Assembly (NCBI GenBank): GCA_963797095.1
Contig: CAWCNY010000002.1
Span: 1,152,001-1,216,000, forward strand
Reading direction: 5' to 3'
Length of the DNA stretch: 64,000 nt
Origin: an uncultured Chloroflexia bacterium
GTDB taxonomy: Bacteria; Chloroflexota; Chloroflexia; QHBQ01; JADMIH01
The notes under the pieces: generated by a model
Seen by the model: only the letters and a program-made list of their open reading frames with translations
What the model was told of the DNA's origin: nothing
Databases searched by the model: none
Position numbers and translations under genes: made by a program
Shown: piece after piece, positions 32,541 through 41,783 of the stretch
How positions within the stretch are numbered: the first letter of the stretch is position 1
Layout of the letters: each line of letters begins with the position of its first letter

Positions 32541-33377
32541 ATGATTTACATCGGAACCTGTGGATACAGCTACGATGATTGGAAAGGTCCGGTCTACCCG
32601 GAGAACATCAAGAGCACCGAGATGCTGCCCTACTATTCGGGCCTGTTCAACACCACCGAGATCAACTACACATACTACCGGATGCCCGCCGCCCGCACCC
32701 TGGCGGCTATGGCCTCAAAAGTACCCGACGACTTCATCTTCACCATCAAGGCAAGCAAAGAGCTTACCCACGAACGTGACGACGATACACAGGGCAATGG
32801 CGCTACTCCGGGGAACTTCCGCCTATTCCGTGAAGCACTGACCCCACTCATCGAGCAGGAGAAGTTCGGCGCTGTGCTGGCGCAATTCCCAAGCTCATTC
32901 AAGCCCGACGACGCCAACCGCGACTACCTCTCGGTGTTCCGCGACCGCATGGGCGACCTACCTGTGGTCGTCGAGTTCCGCAACGCCGCCTGGGTTACGG
33001 ACGATACTATTGAACTGCTCAGGCGCAACAACCTGGGCTATTGCTGCGTCGATGAGCCTCGCCTGCGCGGGCTAGTGCCGCCTATTGCGGTAGCAACGGC
33101 CCCTATCACCTACGTGCGCTTTCACGGTCGTAATGCAAAGAAGTGGTGGCACCATGACGAGGCATACGAGCGCTATAGCTACGAATATAAGCCCGAAGAA
33201 CTGGAAGAATGGGTTCCCAAGATCGAGAAGCTCGACAACACCGCCAACACCACCTTTGTCTTCACCAACAACCACTACCGTGGCGCTGCGGTGCGCACAG
33301 CAGAACAACTGAAGGGGCTGCTCAGCAAGGAAGGTGTGACGGGTGCGTGTCAGGTTTTAGGCAAGGGGAAAAGATGA
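32541..33377 (+). CDS. DUF72 protein; native C-terminus displaced by the IS
   Basis: IGTCGYSY, EINYTYY, QFPSSF, VEFRN, YVRFHGRN. Confidence 0.92.
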   Translation: MIYIGTCGYSYDDWKGPVYPENIKSTEMLPYYSGLFNTTEINYTYYRMPAARTLAAMASKVPDDFIFTIKASKELTHERDDDTQGNGATPGNFRLFREALTPLIEQEKFGAVLAQFPSSFKPDDANRDYLSVFRDRMGDLPVVVEFRNAAWVTDDTIELLRRNNLGYCCVDEPRLRGLVPPIAVATAPITYVRFHGRNAKKWWHHDEAYERYSYEYKPEELEEWVPKIEKLDNTANTTFVFTNNHYRGAAVRTAEQLKGLLSKEGVTGACQVLGKGKR

Positions 33378-34842
33378 TACCCTACAGGTAGAACATCCCG
33401 GCTATGGCCGAAATCCTGGGGGGTATCATCTATGGAAGTGAACAGTCAGCTTCAGGCCGTTTGTGACCTGTCGCCTATGCTCAACAGTATTGTGCAAGAA
33501 TTCGAGGAGCGTGTCAAACAACTTTGGCGCTTCAGCCAGCACAATCCACAGGCGGACTTCGCCCAATTGGAACAGCAGGCTCGCCGCTTGAGCACAGAAT
33601 GCTTCGCAGGGGCCTTGCAAACAGCCGTCCAACTGCATAGGCTCAGCATAGAAGAAGCCTGGTTGCTGGGCCAACAGTGCTGCGAGTGTGGACGACCAAC
33701 CCGATACAAAGGCAAGCACAAGCGCACCCTTCAAACCTGGGTAGGGCAAGTCACGTTGGAGAGGGGATACTTCCACTGTGCGGGGTGCGACACGGGACGC
33801 TACCCACTGGACGAGGCCCTGGGCATACCAGCCAGAACCCAATACTCTGATGGAGTGCAACAGGGAGTGTGCTTGTTAGGAGTGCAACTGCCTTTCGAGC
33901 GCGCTTCCCATTCTTTGCAGATGCTTTCGGGCATCAGCATCTCCCCTAAAGAAGCACAACGCATAACAGAGCAGAGGGGTCTTGCGTTGGAGGAACACCT
34001 GCAAGCAGAAGGTCAACTCCTGCTAAAAGGTGAGGTGGGTTCAGGTTCAGGCTCAGGCTCAGGCTCAGGCTCAGATGGAGTATGGGCAGTAGCATTAGAC
34101 GCGGGCAGGGTGCGGTATGAAGATGGGTGCAATGATACGAAGGCTGGGGTAGTATTTTGGGCCGAGCCGAAACGCAATGAGCAAGGGGAGATAGATGGTG
34201 CGCAAGCAGTGGAGAAGAGCCAAAGCTACATTGGGCAGGTCGGCTCAATGGAGGAAGCGGGAGAGCGGTTAGGGGGCGAAGCTGCAAGGCGAGGGATTGG
34301 TACACAGGAGAGGGTGGTGTGCCTGGGGGACGGAGCACCCTCAAACTGGAACCAATTCGAGATGCACTTTGCCAACCGCATAGAGGTGCTGGACTGGTAT
34401 CATGCCACCGAGCACCTATGGGAGGCAGGCAACGGGCTGTTTGGGCAGGGCACAGCAGAGGCGGTGGGTTGGGTGAAGGCGCGGGAGAAGGAGTTGTGGG
34501 AAGGGGAGGTACAAGCAGTGATACGGGCGTTGCACAAGGAGGGGCGTAGAGAGGGAATACAAGGAGAGGCTGCGAGTGAGCAGATACACTACTTCGAAAC
34601 TAATCGAGAGAGAATGCGCTACTTGGAATACCGAGCAATGGGTTGTCCGATTGGTAGCGGCACGGTAGAAAGTGCGTGCAAACAACTGATAGGTGCCCGC
34701 TTGAAAGGGGCGGGCATGTGCTGGGGAAAGTCCGGTTGTCAAGGGGTGCTCACACTACGGGCTGAGTTACTGAGCGAGCGGTGGGACCAAAGCTGGCCCA
34801 AGACCCGGATCAGAAAAGTCGCCTAAATCCTGACATGCACCC
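33341..34842 (+). mobile_element. Complete IS element (ISKra4-type), 1502 bp
   Basis: 22-bp inverted repeats with 2 mismatches (33341-33362 and 34821-34842); 9-bp direct repeat AGGTGTGAC at 33332-33340 and 34843-34851. Confidence 0.93.
33432..34826 (+). CDS. ISKra4-type (UPF0236-like) DDE transposase
   Basis: Cys pairs, GDGA, LDWYHATEHLW, IGSGTVESACK, GMCW; internal (GS)n microsatellite. Confidence 0.88.
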   Translation: MEVNSQLQAVCDLSPMLNSIVQEFEERVKQLWRFSQHNPQADFAQLEQQARRLSTECFAGALQTAVQLHRLSIEEAWLLGQQCCECGRPTRYKGKHKRTLQTWVGQVTLERGYFHCAGCDTGRYPLDEALGIPARTQYSDGVQQGVCLLGVQLPFERASHSLQMLSGISISPKEAQRITEQRGLALEEHLQAEGQLLLKGEVGSGSGSGSGSGSDGVWAVALDAGRVRYEDGCNDTKAGVVFWAEPKRNEQGEIDGAQAVEKSQSYIGQVGSMEEAGERLGGEAARRGIGTQERVVCLGDGAPSNWNQFEMHFANRIEVLDWYHATEHLWEAGNGLFGQGTAEAVGWVKAREKELWEGEVQAVIRALHKEGRREGIQGEAASEQIHYFETNRERMRYLEYRAMGCPIGSGTVESACKQLIGARLKGAGMCWGKSGCQGVLTLRAELLSERWDQSWPKTRIRKVA

Positions 34843-34924
34843 AGGTGTGACTGCAACGCAATAACGGATGCCCTCTTGTGGTAAAATCTCTATAGCATGT
34901 GCTGCATGTCACAGAGGGGGCCAC

Positions 34925-35198
34925 ATGAGCGACAACACAGCTGTCATTGAAAAAAACAGTGCATCTCGCCTCACAGACCGCAGAGCAATTAGCTCAGGTG
35001 GCAGTGAGTCAGCATCTTACTGAAGACGAAGTAGTCCAAAAGGCTCTGGAGGTCTTCTTCTCACTGAGTTTATCAGGCTCAGTAGATAGTCGTGTGTGGA
35101 CTGAATCCTCTGAAGCTGCATTCAGCAGGGTCTGGGATAACGACCAGGACGCGGCATACGATAATTGGAAGGATCTCTATGGCACTTCAGCGCGGTGA
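34925..35198 (+). pseudogene. Putative antitoxin; frameshift in the A7 run, or a TTG start at 34947
   Basis: ATG 34925 has an SD but is out of frame by one base at A7. C-terminal WDNDQDAAYD motif; overlaps the toxin start. Confidence 0.55.
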
Positions 35199-35516
35199 CG
35201 TGGTGCTCGTGCCTTTCCCGTTTAGCGACCAGAGTGCAACAAAGGTTCGCCCAGCAGTCGTTGTGAGCAGTGACGATTATGGGAAGAGCGAACCTGATAT
35301 TATTCTGGCAGCATTGACTTCCCAGGTAGCTTACGCTACAGGCTCATACGACTATGTAATGATTGCTGGCAACAGGCCGGTTTGCGTTTTCCTTCCGCAT
35401 TCAAGCCCATATTTACAACGCCCGATCCTGCGCTGATTGTCTATAAAGTAGGAACGTTGAGTTCGTCGGATCTGGTCGAAGTAGATAGTAGACTGCGTTT
35501 GATTTTCGGTCTCTAA
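35179..35516 (+). pseudogene. PemK/MazF-family toxin, frameshifted near 35365
   Basis: MALQRGDVVLVPFPFSD...KVRPAVVVS, continuing in a shifted frame as WQQAGLRFPSAFKP...LRLIFGL*. Confidence 0.75.
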
Positions 35517-35519
35517 CCG

Positions 35520-36767
35520 CTATGTACTCAATATTACCGCACTCTCGTCCAGCTTGAACCCGTGGGAAGATGATCTGCGCGTGCGTAGCGGGCGTATCTC
35601 CACTTGCGTGTAGCCCGCCAACTCGCCTAGCTCGGCAGCTATCTGGGGCACGCGCACCAGCACGCCCGCATGTGCCGACTCGCCCAGGATCATAATGAGG
35701 GTAGCCCCAGGCTCGAGCAGGGTCTTGATCGCTTCCATCGCTCTGAGAAGGCCGCCGAAATACTGGCGTGTCATGCGCCCATAGTCCCATCCCCACCCCT
35801 TATCGCCTAGCTTCTCATCTATCTGCGCGGCTACAGTGGCGATTGTGCGCACGCTTTCGACCCTGCGCCAATCCTCGATATCGCGATAAGTGGCTTTGGC
35901 ATCGCAGATCATCATCCGCTTCCTGAGCGCCTTCAGGTCGTCCATCCTCTCCACTAACCCCAGGAAGAAGAGCTCCAGCCGGGTCTGCATCGTGTAGTCG
36001 AGGTTATTGAGATAGGGCGGAGAGCAGATCGCCAATCGTGCGGGGAGCAACCGGTGCTCCAATCCCGACATTAGACGCACGTCGCCCTCTATCAGGTCGG
36101 TTCGTGCCCGTTCAAAGGGTTTCTGGCATTGCGCGCACTCAACATCGGCCAGCATCTTCTCTACCCTGGTCTCGAACATGGCGAGCACCGGTGCATCCTG
36201 CTTCACCTCACGCGACCCGAAAGCGTGGGGCGATAGCTTCATATTGCTCGCGCCTCTGAGGATGCTTGCCAGCGCCAGCAGGAAGAACGGCTTGTTCTCT
36301 TCCGATGTATTGCTCTCGATACACTCGCGCAAAGTGACCACCTTGCAGGCCACCTTGAGCGCGATCCATCGCTCTCGGCGCGGCATGTTGGGCAACCCAT
36401 TCGCATCTTGCAACAGAGTATCCTCGCAGGCTCTGTCCAACCTGATCCGAGCTTCGGCAAGCACCCCGGCAGCATCCAGCCTCAGCAATTCCGGTTTGCG
36501 CCATTCGTGCGTCTTTACCCTGCCCGCGAAGCAGAGAAACGGGTTCACCTCTATACCCAGCGCGTTGCACCCCATCATCCGAGCCGCCAGTAGCGTTGTG
36601 CCGGTGCCGCAGAACGGGTCGAGCACCGTCCGGCCCGCTCCTACCCCAAACTCCTCGATAGCCCTGTAAACCAGCGGCGCAGAATAGGCCTCAGGCATCA
36701 GATACCAGTCGAAGAAAGGGGTGTTGTGATTCAGTTGGGCAGTCGTTGATGAGGCAAACATGGGCAT
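35520..36767 (-). CDS. Orphan amino-DNA methyltransferase (SPPY, likely N4-cytosine)
   Basis: DPFCGTGTT precedes SPPYLN; start codon uncertain. Confidence 0.8.
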   Translation of the reverse strand: MPMFASSTTAQLNHNTPFFDWYLMPEAYSAPLVYRAIEEFGVGAGRTVLDPFCGTGTTLLAARMMGCNALGIEVNPFLCFAGRVKTHEWRKPELLRLDAAGVLAEARIRLDRACEDTLLQDANGLPNMPRRERWIALKVACKVVTLRECIESNTSEENKPFFLLALASILRGASNMKLSPHAFGSREVKQDAPVLAMFETRVEKMLADVECAQCQKPFERARTDLIEGDVRLMSGLEHRLLPARLAICSPPYLNNLDYTMQTRLELFFLGLVERMDDLKALRKRMMICDAKATYRDIEDWRRVESVRTIATVAAQIDEKLGDKGWGWDYGRMTRQYFGGLLRAMEAIKTLLEPGATLIMILGESAHAGVLVRVPQIAAELGELAGYTQVEIRPLRTRRSSSHGFKLDESAVILST

Positions 36768-36848
36768 TCGTGAACCATGACGCGTAAAACGCGGCGCGTA
36801 GGAATAGTGGGCCGTCAAAAGCCGTGGCTGATTATACCCGACAGCATT

Positions 36849-37469
36849 CTATAATGCCAATCCTCGTCCCTCGTCCCTCGTCCCTCGCCACCAATCGTTA
36901 TCCTTCACCCCTAGCGCCTCTATGAACGCCTCCCGGTCCTCCGGCGTGACCCCATATTTCTCATCCTCGGTCTCTATGATGGTGATATCTTTCCATTGGG
37001 AGGTGGCGCACATCTTCAGATGGCCGATATCCTTGTACGAGACGTTGGAAAGGGCCAGGTTGGGAACATTGATCGCAGTGACGCGCCCTACTTTGGGCCT
37101 GTTGGCGAATCTCAAGTCGAGGTCCCGTGTATATACCTTCTTGATGCTGTCCAGCGGTATCGTGTAGTGTGCCGGGCCGCCGATCAGGAGCAGGTTGCCA
37201 TCTTCTATCTCGTAGTGGATGTTTCCGGCTGCCCTGGTAACGAAGACTCCTATTGTTAGCCACACAAGCGCGTTGATCAGCAGTATCACCGTGACCAGGA
37301 TAGGCACGAACAACGGCAATATCCAGAAGAATGCCCAGACAATTAGCGCGGGCGCGAGAATAATCGCTGCTAATTTGCGGAATGGTAAGATGCCTGTGGT
37401 TGGGCGCGCCTTGAAGATACGCGCCCCGGTCAGGGGATCCGTGTCCATTTTGGCTTGCCTCCCGTGCAA
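36849..37469 (-). CDS. Membrane protein with bacterial PH-like domain
   Basis: Two TM segments, then YEIE...IPLDSIKKV...YGVTPEDREAF. Confidence 0.65.
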   Translation of the reverse strand: MHGRQAKMDTDPLTGARIFKARPTTGILPFRKLAAIILAPALIVWAFFWILPLFVPILVTVILLINALVWLTIGVFVTRAAGNIHYEIEDGNLLLIGGPAHYTIPLDSIKKVYTRDLDLRFANRPKVGRVTAINVPNLALSNVSYKDIGHLKMCATSQWKDITIIETEDEKYGVTPEDREAFIEALGVKDNDWWRGTRDEGRGLAL

Positions 37470-37703
37470 CTTTCCACCGGATGCTCAAATACTCCGGCTA
37501 CAACAGAAGCAATAGCGTGGAGAGTATATCACATGCCCGCCGGGTGGGACAACGACGAGCGAGAGCTTCCAAGGCATATACAAAGTACCCCTGTCTTGAA
37601 AAAGGGCATCACCTCTGCTACAGTGTTTACTGTTCAAGCGTGAGGTATGCCCTCGGCCTGCTCGTTATGGCCCAGGCAATCTGACTCGGAAGGCAGGCGC
37701 TGT

Positions 37704-38801
37704 ATGGAATACGAGGTCACTTTGGTGCGCGATGAAGCGGGCCTGGTGCAACTCGAAAATGCGTGGGCTCACCTCCTGGATCGGTCGCATGCCACCATAT
37801 TTGCCTCCTTCCCCTGGAATCTCGCCTGGTGGCATGCCTTCGGGCAAGACCGGCGACCCTTTGTGCTGGTCGCCGCCGACCCGGCGGGCGAACTACGCGG
37901 CATCGCCCCTCTTATGCTGAGTCATGCCGGGCCTTTGCGCAGGCTGGAGTTTCTCAGCACAGGCTTGAGCGATGCGGGCGACTTTGTACTTGACCAGGAA
38001 CACGCCTTGCCGGTGGCGCAAGCGATCTTCGCCAACCTTCGCCTCCGCAGGCGCCAATGGGATCTGCTTGACCTGGACGAAGTGCCGCTCTATTCACCGC
38101 TCGCCTCCTGGCTTGAACATGGCAGACCGCCGGGCTTCCATACCATCTGCCTGCCCCGGACCGACGCGCCTTTTGTCGCTCTCCCTGACACCTGGGAGGC
38201 GTATACAGCAACCCTGCACCGCAAGCAGCGTCAGCACCTGGAAGGGTTCGCTCGGCGCGTTATCCAGGAGACAGGGGCCCATTTTCGGCTCGTCACTAGC
38301 GCGGATGAAGCGCCGGACGCTGTGGATCGCTTCTATAAATTGCACCGCGCACGCTGGTCTACGAAAGAGGATGCCCTCAACCCTGAGCATCTTGCCCCGT
38401 CTTTCCTGCCATTCTTGCAGGAGGCTTGCAGGCGCAGCGCAGCAGCGGGCTACCTTCGATTGGCCGAGCTATATGTGGGCGACGACGTTATCTCCTCATG
38501 GATCAGTTTCCAGGTGAACACGCGTTTGAATGGCTACATGACCGGCTTCGACCCCGCCTGGAGCAAGGAGCGTCCCGGCAAACTCTTGCACGGCTTCGTG
38601 GTGCGCCAGGCCCTGTTTGAGCATGTCCGCGAGTTGGATTTCGGGCGTGGTGCCGAAGAATACAAGTTCGAGATGGGGGCCGTCAGCCGCCGCAACCTGC
38701 GCTTCATAGCAGGGAACAATATGCCCCGTTCCATGCTTGCGCTAAGCCTGATGAAGTTGCGTATCCAGCTACGCGATCTGGCTCGCCGGTATAGAAGATA
38801 G
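37704..38801 (+). CDS. CelD/BcsL-like GNAT acetyltransferase
   Basis: FASFPWNLAWW, GIAPL, GFDPAWSKERPGKLL, LDFGRGAEEYK. Confidence 0.85.
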   Translation: MEYEVTLVRDEAGLVQLENAWAHLLDRSHATIFASFPWNLAWWHAFGQDRRPFVLVAADPAGELRGIAPLMLSHAGPLRRLEFLSTGLSDAGDFVLDQEHALPVAQAIFANLRLRRRQWDLLDLDEVPLYSPLASWLEHGRPPGFHTICLPRTDAPFVALPDTWEAYTATLHRKQRQHLEGFARRVIQETGAHFRLVTSADEAPDAVDRFYKLHRARWSTKEDALNPEHLAPSFLPFLQEACRRSAAAGYLRLAELYVGDDVISSWISFQVNTRLNGYMTGFDPAWSKERPGKLLHGFVVRQALFEHVRELDFGRGAEEYKFEMGAVSRRNLRFIAGNNMPRSMLALSLMKLRIQLRDLARRYRR

Positions 38802-39068
38802 AAGACAGCCTTCGTGGTCGTCGCAGCCACATTTACCTTCAATGTCGGTAAGTTGGGGTAAAGATACATACCTTGGTACAGTCGATGGTCCGGATTTTGG
38901 GAGGTTTGCGATTGGGTGATTATTCTTGCCCTCATATATTCAAAGGCACTGGTGGGACAAAACTGGACACGTTTTGAGGTGTACTTTAGTACAGTTTTTG
39001 GAGTGTGGATGCGGGATGAGAGATGGCGTGGGCAAAGCGTGCGTCGCTATCACATTTTGTAGGTGCCC

Positions 39069-40202
39069 CTACTTCCTTAATTCGTGTAAATAGACCTCCT
39101 GCCACTTGCGGATCATCGTCTCTATGCTGTATTTCTGCTCTGCGTACTGTTGCGCGGCTGCGGCACGCCGTCTGGTGATCTCCGGGTGGTCGAGGCATTC
39201 TATGATGGCTCTGGCGAGAGCCTCCGGATCGCCGGGCGGCACCATTAGCCCCATCTCCCCATGATCTAGCACCTCGGCCACCCCACCCACATCCGTCGCG
39301 ACCGCCGGGCACCCTGCGGCCATAGCTTCGAGCAGCGAGAGCGGCATCCCTTCCCACATCGACGACAGCACAAATAGGTCGCTTGCCGCCAGTATCCGTT
39401 CCACGTCCGTCCTGATCCCCGTGATCACCATCTTATCGGCAATGCCGAGCGCGCCTGCCATCTCCATCACCTCGCCCCTCAGAGGCCCGTCCCCGATCAG
39501 GGCAAAGCGCACCTCAGGATGTGCGGCCACTACCTGGGCGGCGGCTTCCACAAGGAAGCGCTGTCCCTTCTGCTGAACGAGGCGGGCTACATTAGCGACC
39601 ATCGTATAATCGCCGCCCAACAACTCTCGCTTCACCTCAGAGGCGTCGAACCCGTCCGGTGGGCGGAAGCGGGCGGTGTCGATCCCGTTGGGGATGGCAA
39701 TCACGCGGCTGCGAGGCACCCCGAACCACTCGGCTATCTCCTCTCGTAGCAACGTGGACACCACGATCAGCCTGCGGCACCAGAGGCGCGCCGTCCAGCG
39801 CTCCATCCACTGGCGGTGCTTCGGCTCCTTGTCCAGGTCGATGCGCCCATTGTGAATTGTGGATACCACCGGGCGGCGGGTGATGAACCCCACCATTCTC
39901 CCCATCACATCCGAGGCCAGCAGGTGCGTGTGGATGATGTCGATCCGCTCCCGCCGGACATAGCTCACGAGCGTGCGAATGATGTGGAGATCATAGGCAT
40001 GGTGCTGGTCCAACTCAATCACCGGAAAACCAAGCGCCCGCAGGGCGGGCACGATCTTGGGGTGCGGCCAGGGGCGCAACGCGCATACGTGCAGATCAAA
40101 GCGGCTGCGGTCGATGCCTGTGGCGAAGTTGTACAGCAAGTTCTCCGCTCCTGCGTCGCCTAGCTGGTCGGTCAATTGTAGCAGCCGTATCTTTTCGGTC
40201 AT
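39069..40202 (-). CDS. Glycosyltransferase family 4
   Basis: GAE, IHTH, NGID, EGMPLSLLEAMAAG. Confidence 0.92.
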   Translation of the reverse strand: MTEKIRLLQLTDQLGDAGAENLLYNFATGIDRSRFDLHVCALRPWPHPKIVPALRALGFPVIELDQHHAYDLHIIRTLVSYVRRERIDIIHTHLLASDVMGRMVGFITRRPVVSTIHNGRIDLDKEPKHRQWMERWTARLWCRRLIVVSTLLREEIAEWFGVPRSRVIAIPNGIDTARFRPPDGFDASEVKRELLGGDYTMVANVARLVQQKGQRFLVEAAAQVVAAHPEVRFALIGDGPLRGEVMEMAGALGIADKMVITGIRTDVERILAASDLFVLSSMWEGMPLSLLEAMAAGCPAVATDVGGVAEVLDHGEMGLMVPPGDPEALARAIIECLDHPEITRRRAAAAQQYAEQKYSIETMIRKWQEVYLHELRK

Positions 40203-40429
40203 GGCTGCCCGGTATCCTGGGTGGCGATGGGAACCCTCCTCCGGGCGCGGCTAAATGTTGCGTCCGGCAATGTCTGGTACACCTGCGGCATTCTACCCCA
40301 GCCCATTTTGTCTGTCAAAGTATGCTCCCTGGATTGTGAGGTTGGATCGCCTGTGCTACACTAGGGACGAGCCTGCGATGGGTCAGGAGACTCCTGTTTC
40401 AGCCTGATAATACAGAGGGCCGGTATTGC

Positions 40430-41695
40430 ATGTCAGAGCAAAAGGTTGATATATGCGTGGTCGGCGCTGGCGCTGCCGGGGTCGCCTGTGCGCAGGGCCT
40501 TGCCCGCCAGGGTGCTTCGGTCGTTCTCCTCGACCGCTTGCACCCTATGCCTGATGTCTTGAAGGCAGAGAAGATAGAGCCGGAAGGGGTGCTAGCCATA
40601 CTCCGGCTCGGTTTCCAATCTGCTATCGATGAGGCCGCTACCCCACTTCATAACGTTCAGGTCTTCTTCGGCGAGCGCCACCTGGGCACCCTCCCACTCG
40701 ACCCGCCCGAAGCCGGAATGCTCTATCATGACCTCATCAACACCCTTCGCAAGCACCTCGACCCGACCGTGCAATTCCTGCAGGGGGTAAAGGCCACCGC
40801 CTTCAACCATACCGGAGAAGGTATAGAGGTGGTGACAGAGGGAGAAACGCGCATCCCTTGCAGGCTGGTCATACTTGCCACAGGCGATGCCCACCAGCTA
40901 CTGGAGTTTATGGGCGGTGTTTACGAGCCGCAGGTCCCCTACAATGTCTTCGCGGCGGCTTTTACCTTTGAGGGCACATTGGGCAATCAGCGTTCGCCGG
41001 TCAATTCGCAGACCTATCACCGCCCGGTGGCCGGCGGTCCCATAGCTTATGCCACCTTCTTTCGCCTGGGATCGGCTCTCAGGGCCAACATCTTCTGCCC
41101 CGGTCCCATCGATGAGACCTGGCAGCGCGACCTCAAGCAGCGCCCTTTGGAGATAATGTCTGAGCGTAGCCGTGTGCTTGCCGAAGCCAGCCGCTCATGG
41201 CGCGTGACCTCTCCTGTCATAATCCGCAAGATGCGGGTGTCGCGCCTCACCCCGCCGGTAGTGCCCCGCATCTTGGCGCTGGGCGACGCGGCCCATATCA
41301 TCGACCCATCGGGAGGTGGCGGGCTGACTTTCGCGCTCATGGAGGCCGAGCTTTTGCTTGATTACTACCTGCCGCGCTGGCTCAGGGGGGATGATGGCGG
41401 TTCCTCCGCTATCCAGGCTTTCTATGACGATCCACGGCGCGTGCGCGCGGTGCAAGCGTTCTTCGATAGAGGCCGCTATATCCTGGCCCTGAACCACGAC
41501 TCTTCACTGACCGGTCGCTCTCGCCGCCTCCGCTTCGCTTTGCGCCACCTGCTGGCCTCGCGCCTCGGAAACCGCTCGTCCCACCCCGGCCCGGAGTCCG
41601 CAACCGGCAAGCCCTGGCACCTGCCCGCTCCCTATCTCTACGAGCAATATGCTCAAGATAAGGGGGTGAGGCAGGGTCCCAGGCGCTCTATGTAG
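40430..41695 (+). CDS. FAD-dependent monooxygenase/oxidoreductase
   Basis: VVGAGAAG, ATG, LGDAAHIIDPSGGGG. Confidence 0.8.
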   Translation: MSEQKVDICVVGAGAAGVACAQGLARQGASVVLLDRLHPMPDVLKAEKIEPEGVLAILRLGFQSAIDEAATPLHNVQVFFGERHLGTLPLDPPEAGMLYHDLINTLRKHLDPTVQFLQGVKATAFNHTGEGIEVVTEGETRIPCRLVILATGDAHQLLEFMGGVYEPQVPYNVFAAAFTFEGTLGNQRSPVNSQTYHRPVAGGPIAYATFFRLGSALRANIFCPGPIDETWQRDLKQRPLEIMSERSRVLAEASRSWRVTSPVIIRKMRVSRLTPPVVPRILALGDAAHIIDPSGGGGLTFALMEAELLLDYYLPRWLRGDDGGSSAIQAFYDDPRRVRAVQAFFDRGRYILALNHDSSLTGRSRRLRFALRHLLASRLGNRSSHPGPESATGKPWHLPAPYLYEQYAQDKGVRQGPRRSM

Positions 41696-41783
41696 CCATA
41701 ATTAATCTGGTATGATATGCTCCATACGCCTGACCCGCGTATCCTACAATCGCATGAGATAACCTCACCTGGAGGGAGGAGTT

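Noticed and set aside
32541-36767. DUF72 plus methyltransferase as a restriction-modification system
   Set aside because: Opposite strands and separated; DUF72 is not an established restriction endonuclease.
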